Positions 7,638 through 15,810 of a DNA stretch of 18,160 bases are shown one piece after another. Under the pieces are notes generated by a model that ran no database searches, had not been told where the DNA came from, and saw nothing but the letters and a program-made list of their open reading frames with translations. Source of the DNA: Candidatus Rifleibacteriota bacterium (lineage in GTDB: Bacteria > Muiribacteriota > Ozemobacteria > Ozemobacterales > Ozemobacteraceae). The stretch spans positions 1 to 18,160 of the forward strand of contig JBNJGH010000059.1 in the NCBI GenBank assembly GCA_051747585.1, in the 5' to 3' direction. The translations under genes and the position numbers were made by a program. Numbering within the stretch: the stretch's first letter is position 1; the number at the start of each line of letters is the position of its first letter.

Positions 7638-9190
7638 CAGCCCTTCCAGTGTTTATCAAAGAAGAATGCATTAAGACCAAAAAGTTCTTCTCTCAGATTT
7701 TTTCCGTTCAACGACCAGGGGATTCTACGGATTTTGCCATTATCTTTAACTATAAAATATACTTCAGCCGTTAGTGGTTTCTCGCCACTTTTCTTAACAA
7801 GCCATTGGGCAACATCGGGATAAACCGTTGGGCTCTTTTTAAAATCAGGCTTCAAGGTTCTCGAAGCCTGCCAATCCCCTTGTTTTAGCTCTATTTCTAT
7901 TCTTTGCAATCCATCTTTATCTGAATTAGACCAACTTAAAAAAGTTGTATTAAACTCAAGAACATCAGCAAGGCTCAGTGGATTAGTCACCGGCGTATCG
8001 CCAACTATCATGTCACAGCGGGTTTGTTGTTCGAGCAAGTCGTCTTTTCCCGATTCAATTTTCACTGAAATTTCAAAAACAGAATTATTTAGATCTTCAG
8101 GATATTTTTTGCTAAGCCGGCTTATATCAAACACCCCATAAACAACCGGAGCATTATATTTATCGAGCCATTTTCTTTCAGGGGTCCAGGTAAAAGTTTT
8201 ATTGCCAAAGCTTTTACCCTGGTTTTTTAGAACAACATCGAGTTCGACTTTGTTAATTTTGATTTTATCGGGCTGCAGAATCGAGGGCAAAGAAAGATAA
8301 GCGTTCTGCCACAGGCCTTCATTTTGCTCGATAAAAACACACTTTTTACGCACTGAATCTGAATAAGAGGCAAAGCCGACAAATCCTTCACCTGCTCTTT
8401 CCCAGGACTGTTCCTGCTCAAATTCATCTTCGATACGGTCAAAATCCCTTGAACCGGGAAGATCACGATCATGGTCAGAACCAAAGCGCGGGTCTGATTC
8501 ATAGTCCGGTTCAGAATCAAAGCCACGCTGGTTCAAGTTTCCCTGAGACGAGCGTCCTGTTATAACCGGGTCCTGGTATTTATAATTATAGTATAAATGA
8601 TACTTTGCGCCGGTATTGCCGTTAAGCAGTGCATCGAGCAAGTCTGTATCAAGTGTGTCAAGCTTGATGGAAAAAGCCACATTTTGCGAAGAGTGCATAT
8701 TGGAAATACCGGAAAGGGTCTCGGCCTTCATTTGCACTTCTTTGCCATCAGGCTTCTGCAAGCAGAGCTTGAGTGCGCCGAAAGGTACGGGGCTCAATTT
8801 AGCTGAATCATTGCCGGTTACATCAGCAACTTTTTGCTTTAAAGCTTCGTAAGATTCATCGGCTGGCCCTAACGACAGATTCATTTTAAAATATCCGCCC
8901 TGGAGAAGTTTTTCGGGATCTTTAATATCTTTTTTTTGAAACCTGATCAGGGAAATCTCCGGGATTTTTTCACCTCTGTTGTTTCGATGAAGTATTTTTG
9001 GTTTTACCTGGCCACAATACCAGAGATTTTGCTCAGAAGCGCTCTGAAACAAAACAAAGTATTTTTTTTCTCTATCTTCTGTGACTCGGACATTCCTTAT
9101 AATTTCAGATGCAAAAGCAGCTCTGCCCATGAGCAGGCAGAGCATTATCATTATAATATCAAACCTTATAAAGGTTCTAAATGGCTTCAT
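7637..9190 (-). CDS. Exported hypothetical protein (517 aa) with a central acidic low-complexity linker
   Basis: Signal peptide ending GRAAFA-S; translationally coupled to the secretin (TAATG at 9190) and to the NHL lipoprotein (TGATG at 7637); no named family recognised. Confidence 0.8.
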   Translation of the reverse strand: MKPFRTFIRFDIIMIMLCLLMGRAAFASEIIRNVRVTEDREKKYFVLFQSASEQNLWYCGQVKPKILHRNNRGEKIPEISLIRFQKKDIKDPEKLLQGGYFKMNLSLGPADESYEALKQKVADVTGNDSAKLSPVPFGALKLCLQKPDGKEVQMKAETLSGISNMHSSQNVAFSIKLDTLDTDLLDALLNGNTGAKYHLYYNYKYQDPVITGRSSQGNLNQRGFDSEPDYESDPRFGSDHDRDLPGSRDFDRIEDEFEQEQSWERAGEGFVGFASYSDSVRKKCVFIEQNEGLWQNAYLSLPSILQPDKIKINKVELDVVLKNQGKSFGNKTFTWTPERKWLDKYNAPVVYGVFDISRLSKKYPEDLNNSVFEISVKIESGKDDLLEQQTRCDMIVGDTPVTNPLSLADVLEFNTTFLSWSNSDKDGLQRIEIELKQGDWQASRTLKPDFKKSPTVYPDVAQWLVKKSGEKPLTAEVYFIVKDNGKIRRIPWSLNGKNLREELFGLNAFFFDKHWKG

Positions 9191-10980
9191 TATTTAATTC
9201 CGGTCATTTCAAGGTCGAGATAGGCTTCAGAGGTTTGTTTATCGCATGCCAGAAAGACTACAATATTGTTGTCGCCTTCTTTTAATACATCTACCGGTAT
9301 ATCATCGCGATATCGATTCCAATAGTCATAATCATGGCCATCTATAATTTTCATCAAAGGATCCTTCTCTACCATGATACCATTTATATAAACAGTTGCG
9401 GCATTTTTACTGGCAACTTTCAAACCAATTTTATTAAATTTTTCAGGATTATTCACTTTAAAGTTTCTCGACATGATAAAGCCATCTGAAGGAATTAACT
9501 CAGTATTATAATATGGTGCCTGGAGACGCTTAGATGAGCCATAACCGAAGGGCATTTTTCCATATCTTCTCAGTGGTAGTTTTTCGGGCTTAATTTTGTC
9601 GGGTATATCCCAGACCAGCTCATCGACATAATCCAGATCAAAATCATATTTCCAGTCACCTGAGCCACGCTCAAGTATATACTCTTCGCTTTCAGGCAAT
9701 TCTGCTCTTTTTATTTTCATGTTTTTAAGCAAATGCTGAATTTTATTTTTAAACGAGGTCTTTTCGACTTTCTGCTTTAAGGCCTCTCTACTATCTTCAA
9801 TAGTATCAAGAATTTTAGGGGTAATGAAAATAAGAAGCTCGACCTTTTCTTCATTGGTTTGATCTCTGGTAAATGCTTTTCCTATAACGGGAATCCGACT
9901 TAGCACCGGAGTTCTGTTTTTGACTTTTATGTTACGCTCTTCAATGAAACCGCCTAATATGAGGGTTTCGCCATCTGATAATATTGCATTGGTTTCAATT
10001 TCCCGATTTGACATTCTGGCGGTGCCTTCGGTTGCATCATAGCTTTGCAATGCATTTATCGACTGAAAGACTTCCATATCGATTTGATTGCCACGATTTA
10101 TGTGCGGTGTAACAGAAAGTTCGATTCCCACGTCTTTAATGTCAAAAGATTTAATAGGCCCCGAATCGGAAGGTCTTATACTGTCAATTATTGGAACCCT
10201 GTTGCCTATTTTGAAAGTTGCTTTTCTATGATTTGCTGCAACTATATGTGGAGAAGAAATAATATTTGCCTTCTCTTTGTCTTTATAGGCATTCAAGAAA
10301 AGTTTCATTCTATTTGGCGATGTAACGAAGACTTTTAATCGATCGCTCTTTGAAAGGGGATTTTGTTCGCTTATAGTGCCATGATCTACCCCGATTGCAG
10401 AAAGAGTATTTTTAATATCAAAAGGCTCTTTAACAATGTTAAGCAACTCAAAATCAAACAGGTCTTCATCAGTAACGCTGAGCTCTACAACCAGGACTTC
10501 TATCAACACTTGTCCGCTACGAAAATCCAGGCTTTTAACCGTATCAAGAATTTCATTTACCAAATTTTCGTTCTGCTTTGGCGACTTGATGATAATTGAA
10601 TTAGTAACATTGTTAGCACTGATTTTTACCTTGTCAGATCTGATTTCTTCAGAAAAGATATCGGTAATAGTATTAATTATGTCATCTACCCTGCTGTACA
10701 TAAGATACCAGGTGATTACATTTCCACTATTACTTTTTGAATATCTTGTAGAAATAAGATAGTCAGGGTGATAATCATCAGTCAGTAATTTTCCATCGAC
10801 TCCAGCCTTGATTTCCGGCTGCTGTGAAGGATCCGAGTATAAAACGTCATCGAGTATCGTTTCGGTGTTTTTATTTAACGTTTTGGTTTCTTCAGCTGCA
10901 AAAAGCATATTCAAGCAAAGACTGAAAACCAAAATGACCAGAAAAATACCAGTTTTCTTCTCTATAATTAACCTTTTCAT
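9190..10980 (-). CDS. Secretin (GspD/PilQ superfamily) with a single N domain and a C-terminal galactose-binding-like jelly-roll domain
   Basis: Signal peptide; N3-like segment KVKISANNVTNSIIIKS; secretin signatures QVLIEVLVVEL, IISSPHIVAANHRKATFKIGNRVPI, DVGIELSVTPHIN, DGETLILGGFI, PVLSRIPVIGKAF and ELLIFITPKIL; extra ~165-aa C-terminal domain. Confidence 0.92.
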   Translation of the reverse strand: MKRLIIEKKTGIFLVILVFSLCLNMLFAAEETKTLNKNTETILDDVLYSDPSQQPEIKAGVDGKLLTDDYHPDYLISTRYSKSNSGNVITWYLMYSRVDDIINTITDIFSEEIRSDKVKISANNVTNSIIIKSPKQNENLVNEILDTVKSLDFRSGQVLIEVLVVELSVTDEDLFDFELLNIVKEPFDIKNTLSAIGVDHGTISEQNPLSKSDRLKVFVTSPNRMKLFLNAYKDKEKANIISSPHIVAANHRKATFKIGNRVPIIDSIRPSDSGPIKSFDIKDVGIELSVTPHINRGNQIDMEVFQSINALQSYDATEGTARMSNREIETNAILSDGETLILGGFIEERNIKVKNRTPVLSRIPVIGKAFTRDQTNEEKVELLIFITPKILDTIEDSREALKQKVEKTSFKNKIQHLLKNMKIKRAELPESEEYILERGSGDWKYDFDLDYVDELVWDIPDKIKPEKLPLRRYGKMPFGYGSSKRLQAPYYNTELIPSDGFIMSRNFKVNNPEKFNKIGLKVASKNAATVYINGIMVEKDPLMKIIDGHDYDYWNRYRDDIPVDVLKEGDNNIVVFLACDKQTSEAYLDLEMTGIK

Positions 10981-11012
10981 CTAATAAACAACCTTTCTAT
11001 GATTCTGGTCTG

Positions 11013-11435
11013 TTAAAATGTCTGAGGTAAAACCCAGATTTGTAAAACTGCGGTTGCACCACGGCAGGATGCAGAAATATTCTCGTATCGCATTGGCGTA
11101 TCATCAGCGGTAAAAGTAATGGTAGCTTTTCCGTCTTCTGTCTCAACCTCTGTGTCAGACAAAGAGCCGCCTTCCGTTGTTGCAAAAAGCACTTTTTCGC
11201 CATCTCTGATCGGAGAACCGTCGGGCTCGAATATCTGAGCAGTTATTACAGAGCTACCACGAACCGACACCATTTCCACAGAAGAAGCGAGCTGAATTTT
11301 ATAACCGGTGCCATCAGAAAGCCCGGTTGAAACAGGGTTATTGCTGCCGGCATCACATCCGGTTAAAAACAGACTCACTCCAAGAATACAAATAAAACTT
11401 AAAATTTTTCTTATTTTAGTATTATATTTTTTCAC
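11013..11435 (-). CDS. Small lipoprotein with one invasin/intimin-type Ig-like (Big_1) domain
   Basis: Lipobox LTG-C; SVITAQIFEPDGSPIRDGEKVLFATTEGGSLSDTEVETEDGKATITFTA is Big_1-like. GTG 11435 chosen as start because a GGAGA RBS lies 7 nt upstream. Confidence 0.82.
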   Translation of the reverse strand: MKKYNTKIRKILSFICILGVSLFLTGCDAGSNNPVSTGLSDGTGYKIQLASSVEMVSVRGSSVITAQIFEPDGSPIRDGEKVLFATTEGGSLSDTEVETEDGKATITFTADDTPMRYENISASCRGATAVLQIWVLPQTF

Positions 11436-11455
11436 TTTCAACTCTCCTGTTCTAA

Positions 11456-12730
11456 TCAAGGCCCTACCACGGTTATATCAGCTGAATCGGAAGCCCCGGC
11501 AGTTAACGCTCTGATTGTCGAGATACCGGCTGTCTGGCTGGCAACAAAATCAAAGAAATAATAACCGTCATCATTGGTTTCCCCACTTTCGGGTTCACAA
11601 TAACAGCCCAGACTTGCAGAAAGATATACCTGGGCATAGGGTATTGGCCTCGAATAGGTATCGGTAACCAACAAAGAAACAGGAGCCATTTCTCCTACTT
11701 TAACTGAATCAACCGAAGGAGAAAGATCTGCTACGATAGTCGGTCTTTCGATAGACAAAATTGTTGAAGCCGAAGCTTCCATGCTGTGAACATTCAAAGA
11801 AGCACTGCCGACCTCTTTTCCGGCGGTAAATTCAGTAAAAAAGACGCCATCTTGCGGAGTGCCCTCTTTATCGTAAAATTCCCCATTTAAAGAAGTACTC
11901 AGATAAACTTTAGAGTCAGAGGGGAACCCTTCGGAATCTTTTGCTATTACTATGACAGCTGCTGTCTGATCTTGAAATACTGCATCGGGATGAACCGAAA
12001 TTTGTAATTGAGGTGAACTTTGCTTCTGTTTGACTACCGCAAGAGATTTATCTGCTTTTTCGCCATTAACCATTGCAGTAATGGTACCGACTCCGTATGC
12101 AGAAGAATCAGGAGTAAAGGAAGTGGTAAACCAGCCATTTTCCACTGAACCCGAGTCATCATAAAATCTTCCGGGAATTGTGGAAGAAAGTAAAACATTT
12201 TCTCCATCTGCCTGATTGCCATTAATTGCAACTCCGACAGCCAGGGTAACAGGTGTTTCAGCCAGTGTTGAGTCAGAGCTCGAAACAATTTTGATATCTG
12301 TAGTGTCTGGGACACCAGTTTGAACCAACAGCGACTTTGTTTCCATCAGACCTTTGGAAAAAACTGTTATTGCCTCGGTTCCTGCACTTTTTCCGGCAGT
12401 AAATCTTGTAGAAAACCAGCCATTGTAGGTTTCTCCTTTTTCGTCTTCAAAAGTGCCGCCAAGTTCTGACGCAAGCTGAACTTCGACGTCATCGAGCGGA
12501 TGCCCGAATGAATCTTTAACCAGCAGGGCAAGCGATATAGTCTGGCCGGGACTAAGAGTTACTGCCGATGGTTTAATCTCTATCTCGGCAGGATCAAAAG
12601 TTTCAGGGGTAGTAGTTAAACCAAGCCAGCTGCTGGAATGAGAAGTTCCTGAGCTACCGCCGCCGCAACCTGTAAAAAGAGCCAGAACCAGCATAATTCC
12701 AGTAAAAACAGTCATTAGTCGAAAGAGCAT
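11456..12730 (-). CDS. Lipoprotein with four tandem Big_1-like Ig domains
   Basis: Lipobox FTG-C then GGGSSG. Four ~95-aa repeats (VKDSFGHPLDDVEVQL..NGWFSTRFTAG; ..ENGWFTTSFTP; AKDSEGFPSDSKVYL..DGVFFTEFTAG; VTDTYSRPIPYAQVYL..DDGYYFFDFVAS). ATG 12730 follows a GGAGG RBS. Confidence 0.85.
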   Translation of the reverse strand: MLFRLMTVFTGIMLVLALFTGCGGGSSGTSHSSSWLGLTTTPETFDPAEIEIKPSAVTLSPGQTISLALLVKDSFGHPLDDVEVQLASELGGTFEDEKGETYNGWFSTRFTAGKSAGTEAITVFSKGLMETKSLLVQTGVPDTTDIKIVSSSDSTLAETPVTLAVGVAINGNQADGENVLLSSTIPGRFYDDSGSVENGWFTTSFTPDSSAYGVGTITAMVNGEKADKSLAVVKQKQSSPQLQISVHPDAVFQDQTAAVIVIAKDSEGFPSDSKVYLSTSLNGEFYDKEGTPQDGVFFTEFTAGKEVGSASLNVHSMEASASTILSIERPTIVADLSPSVDSVKVGEMAPVSLLVTDTYSRPIPYAQVYLSASLGCYCEPESGETNDDGYYFFDFVASQTAGISTIRALTAGASDSADITVVGP

Positions 12731-12760
12731 AGTATACCTCCATAACACATACAGTTACTC

Positions 12761-12787
12761 TTATCGACATACCGGTTATTTTTTTAA
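12761..12787 (-). promoter_or_regulatory. Possible sigma28 (FliA/WhiG)-like promoter upstream of the secretin cluster
   Basis: Minus strand TTAA-N15-GTCGATAA (or TAAA-N14-GTCGATAA) versus consensus TAAA-N15-GCCGATAA; 30 nt upstream of ATG 12730. Confidence 0.3.
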
Positions 12788-13929
12788 ACTACTGATTTTT
12801 CTTTTTCAAACCCTTTCATGTCATAAAGCCGCTTAACATTGAGGTTATCAATGACTTCACTTCTTTTGCCATTAACTACCATATCAGCCAGGAGTTGGCT
12901 AACTGCCGGAGCAAGCATCAGCCCATGGCCCGAAAAGCCACAGGCCTGAATAAAATTATCCATCTCTTCAACCGGCCCCAGAATAGGCTGTGCATCTGCG
13001 GTCATTTCATACAAACCAGCCCATTGCCTTACAACTCTTAAACTTTCAAGTTTCGGAAACAAGGTTGTAAAACGTTTGCTCATTTCATACATGAAGTGCA
13101 TAGAGCTTCCGACATAGGTTCCCACAGGTTCGTTTGGATCACCCATGCCCATCACTACGCCGCCGCTCATTTCCTGACGAGCATATAAACCGACCTTGAA
13201 GCTTACAACCATTGGATCCCAGAGACGTTCAACCGGTTCAGTTACAAGAATTTCATGACGATAAGGATCTACAGGTATCTCGACATTGAGCATTTCGCCT
13301 ATAGATCGCGAGAAACCACCGGCACAATTAAACAATAAGGGAGTTTCATAATTTATGCCTTTATCGGTCATTACAAAAAAGATATCGCTCTTTTTCATGA
13401 TACCGGTTACTTCTGTCCAGAGGTGTATTTCAGCTCCCAGACGTTTGGCAGCGTTCGCATAAGCCTGGGTCAGCAAGAACGGGTTGATATGACCGTCTTT
13501 AGGACACCAGGTAGCTTTTCTGAAGACATCTGTGTTGAGATAGGGAACAATTTTACCGGCCTGCTTTGAATCAAGCACTTCAACCTCAAGTCCCATTCTG
13601 CGTTGCATCTCAACATTTTTTTCGAATTGTTTTTCTTCTTCTTCAGTGTGAGCAAGAATAAGATAGCCGCCCTGATAAAGCTCGGTTTTATAACCCAACT
13701 CATCTTCAATATTTTCGAGTCGGCCAACCGAATCCATTGCCAGTCTGGTATTTGCTTCGGTGCTCCATTGTTGTCTGAAACCACCGCCGCATCTTCCGGT
13801 TGAACCACTGGAAAGATAATGGCGCTCAAGTACGCAGACATTTTTCATTCCAGCTTTTGCGAGTTCGTAAGCCGTAGCGACTCCCAGAATACCTCCACCA
13901 ATAATTATTGCATCAAATCTTGTTTTCAT
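12784..13929 (-). CDS. FAD-dependent oxidoreductase, DAO family (proline dehydrogenase / sarcosine oxidase beta-type catalytic subunit)
   Basis: IIIGGGILG Rossmann motif, SGSTGRCGGGFRQQW, RQWAGLYEMTADAQPILG and CGFSGHGLMLAPAV. Confidence 0.93.
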   Translation of the reverse strand: MKTRFDAIIIGGGILGVATAYELAKAGMKNVCVLERHYLSSGSTGRCGGGFRQQWSTEANTRLAMDSVGRLENIEDELGYKTELYQGGYLILAHTEEEEKQFEKNVEMQRRMGLEVEVLDSKQAGKIVPYLNTDVFRKATWCPKDGHINPFLLTQAYANAAKRLGAEIHLWTEVTGIMKKSDIFFVMTDKGINYETPLLFNCAGGFSRSIGEMLNVEIPVDPYRHEILVTEPVERLWDPMVVSFKVGLYARQEMSGGVVMGMGDPNEPVGTYVGSSMHFMYEMSKRFTTLFPKLESLRVVRQWAGLYEMTADAQPILGPVEEMDNFIQACGFSGHGLMLAPAVSQLLADMVVNGKRSEVIDNLNVKRLYDMKGFEKEKSVV

Positions 13930-14222
13930 TCATCCCCTCCCACTTTGTCCTTTTTTTCCTGTCTTTTTTGTTCAGCATTTATCAAGGCAAAAGAAACAGG
14001 GCGGTTAGGCGGTCTAAAAGTCGGGGGATAAATTTCAGCGGGCGGCGTTTTAAGCTCACGGCTGATTATCTGCGAAACAAGCCGGCGACAGGTTCTGCCC
14101 TGACATGTGCCCATACCAGCTCTTACCAGGCGCCGAATCTCGTCTATAGTAGTTGCCCCTTGTTTTATTGCGGCAATGATTTCGTCTTCGGTAACATCTT
14201 GGCATCTACAGATTATTTTCAT
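13926..14222 (-). CDS. BFD-like (2Fe-2S)-binding protein
   Basis: IICRCQDVT...RAGMGTCQGRTC and TFRPP motifs; ATGA overlaps with both neighbours. Confidence 0.92.
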   Translation of the reverse strand: MKIICRCQDVTEDEIIAAIKQGATTIDEIRRLVRAGMGTCQGRTCRRLVSQIISRELKTPPAEIYPPTFRPPNRPVSFALINAEQKRQEKKDKVGGDE

Positions 14223-14719
14223 TTGCGACCTCCGGATTTCACTCTGATTGCCCTTATTTCCATCATTTGGTCTTCGGGCACTTCAACAGTTACCACTGCG
14301 GTTTTATCATTTGCGGGAGGATTTACAACACGTAAAACCCTGCCTTCGCCCTTTTCGTTCCCGGCACGGTCAAGCAACGTTACCATTTCGTCTTTAGCAG
14401 GCAGAGGCAATAATTCATAGCTCATGCTTACCGAAGCTTTGCCCGGACTGATATTTTTGTTAACGATAAAAATGGCAAGCCCCGGACATTTTGCAACACA
14501 AAGGCCGCAACCTGTACATTTCTCGAAATCGAGAACCGGTTTATCGGTTATACCTTCTCTCATCTTGATTGCCTTAACCGGGCAAGCATAGACGCAGGGG
14601 TCACAGGGAATATCCTGCATACATTCAACAATAGCTACCGGGCCTTTGTTAAGTCTTTCTTCAGGTGGCAGAACCGTCTTCAATTCTTCAATACTAATAA
14701 TTCCATCATTTATCAGCAT
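14219..14719 (-). CDS. 4Fe-4S dicluster ferredoxin-type subunit
   Basis: ECMQDIPCDPCVYACP and KCTGCGLCVAKCPG motifs; GGAGG RBS inside the upstream gene. Confidence 0.92.
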   Translation of the reverse strand: MLINDGIISIEELKTVLPPEERLNKGPVAIVECMQDIPCDPCVYACPVKAIKMREGITDKPVLDFEKCTGCGLCVAKCPGLAIFIVNKNISPGKASVSMSYELLPLPAKDEMVTLLDRAGNEKGEGRVLRVVNPPANDKTAVVTVEVPEDQMMEIRAIRVKSGGRK

Positions 14720-15810
14720 GCTCCTACCTCCTTGAGAACACGTTCGCGACCCCAGCGAATTCTTTCGCCGGTAGAGCCCGATCGTAAAGTTTTTAATTCG
14801 TGATTAGCTTCAGCAACAATCTCATCAACTTTTGCAGAGCGCCCATACATGCTTTCATAGGCCTTGGCCCCGGCAATGCGACCACCAAGAATTGCAGTAG
14901 TAGCTTCTTCAATTCCCGAGGCATCTCCGGCCACAAAAACATCGGGATTCGTGGTTTTCATACCCGAATCGTGCAAAGGCACCAGCCCACCAAGTTCGCC
15001 AATATGAACCATTCTGCACTTCACCTGCTGAAACAGGTCTATCAGCGGAGTAAGACCAACTGCCAGGCAAATGCAATCACAATTTATATCAAACTCGGTA
15101 TTAGGAACCTGCTGAAATTTTTCGTCAACTCTGCAAAGAGTTGCACTATCTACCTGGGTCTCACCATTAGCTTTGACAATTGTATGGGAAGTATAAATAG
15201 GTACGCCAAGACGTCTGATTTTGCTGGCATGCACCAGGTAGCCTCCAATTGTTGGAAGTCCTTCCACAAGGCCTACGACATCCACACCTGCTTGAATAAG
15301 CTGATAGCTTACAATCAAGCCAATATTGCCACTACCGACCATTAAAATTTTGTGGCCCGGCCTTATACCATGAACGTTCATAAGGGTTTGCACCCCTCCC
15401 GCGCCGTAAACTCCGGGTAAATCGTTGTTTTCAAAAGCAAGACTGTTTTCCGTCGCTCCGGTACAAACTATGGCTTTTTTAAAAGTAACTTTCTCATAAA
15501 CGTTCTGAGAAAGAATTCCCGCCTCATTATGTGAATAAAAACCTACCGCAGCGGTATTTTCAAGAACTTCCAGTCTTTCCTTAAGGTTTTCAACATCTTT
15601 ACAAAGCTTATCTGCGATTGAAATTCCCCTTATACCGGCATCTCGGGTTCTGCTGCCAAAAAATCTATGGGTCTGCTTTATAAGTTGACCGCCTAATCGG
15701 GCGCTGTCATCGACCAGCAGGGTCTGCGCACCGAGCTCGGCAGCAACTATAGCCGCTGAAAGACCAGCAGGGCCACCACCGATAACAAATATTTCGCTCT
15801 TTCTGCTCAT
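14713..15810 (-). CDS. NAD(P)/FAD-dependent oxidoreductase (sarcosine oxidase / proline dehydrogenase alpha-like, Pyr_redox_2)
   Basis: VIGGGPAGLSAA, LGGQLIKQTHRFFG, CTGATE, NNDLPGVYGAG, MVGSGNIGL and VFVAGDASGIEEA. Confidence 0.93.
   Translation of the reverse strand: MSRKSEIFVIGGGPAGLSAAIVAAELGAQTLLVDDSARLGGQLIKQTHRFFGSRTRDAGIRGISIADKLCKDVENLKERLEVLENTAAVGFYSHNEAGILSQNVYEKVTFKKAIVCTGATENSLAFENNDLPGVYGAGGVQTLMNVHGIRPGHKILMVGSGNIGLIVSYQLIQAGVDVVGLVEGLPTIGGYLVHASKIRRLGVPIYTSHTIVKANGETQVDSATLCRVDEKFQQVPNTEFDINCDCICLAVGLTPLIDLFQQVKCRMVHIGELGGLVPLHDSGMKTTNPDVFVAGDASGIEEATTAILGGRIAGAKAYESMYGRSAKVDEIVAEANHELKTLRSGSTGERIRWGRERVLKEVGAC

Noticed and set aside
9190..10980. Naming the secretin gspD or pilQ, or calling a complete T2SS/T4P
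   Set aside because: No ATPase, platform, pseudopilin cluster or prepilin peptidase in the window, and the domain architecture is atypical.
1311..15345. Numerous short ORFs in the track (e.g. 5644-6078 +, 6526-6840 +, 13908-14420 +, 14800-15345 +, 13470-13841 -, 8227-8526 -)
   Set aside because: They lie antisense to or out of frame within well-supported genes, with no RBS or recognisable motifs; shadow ORFs.
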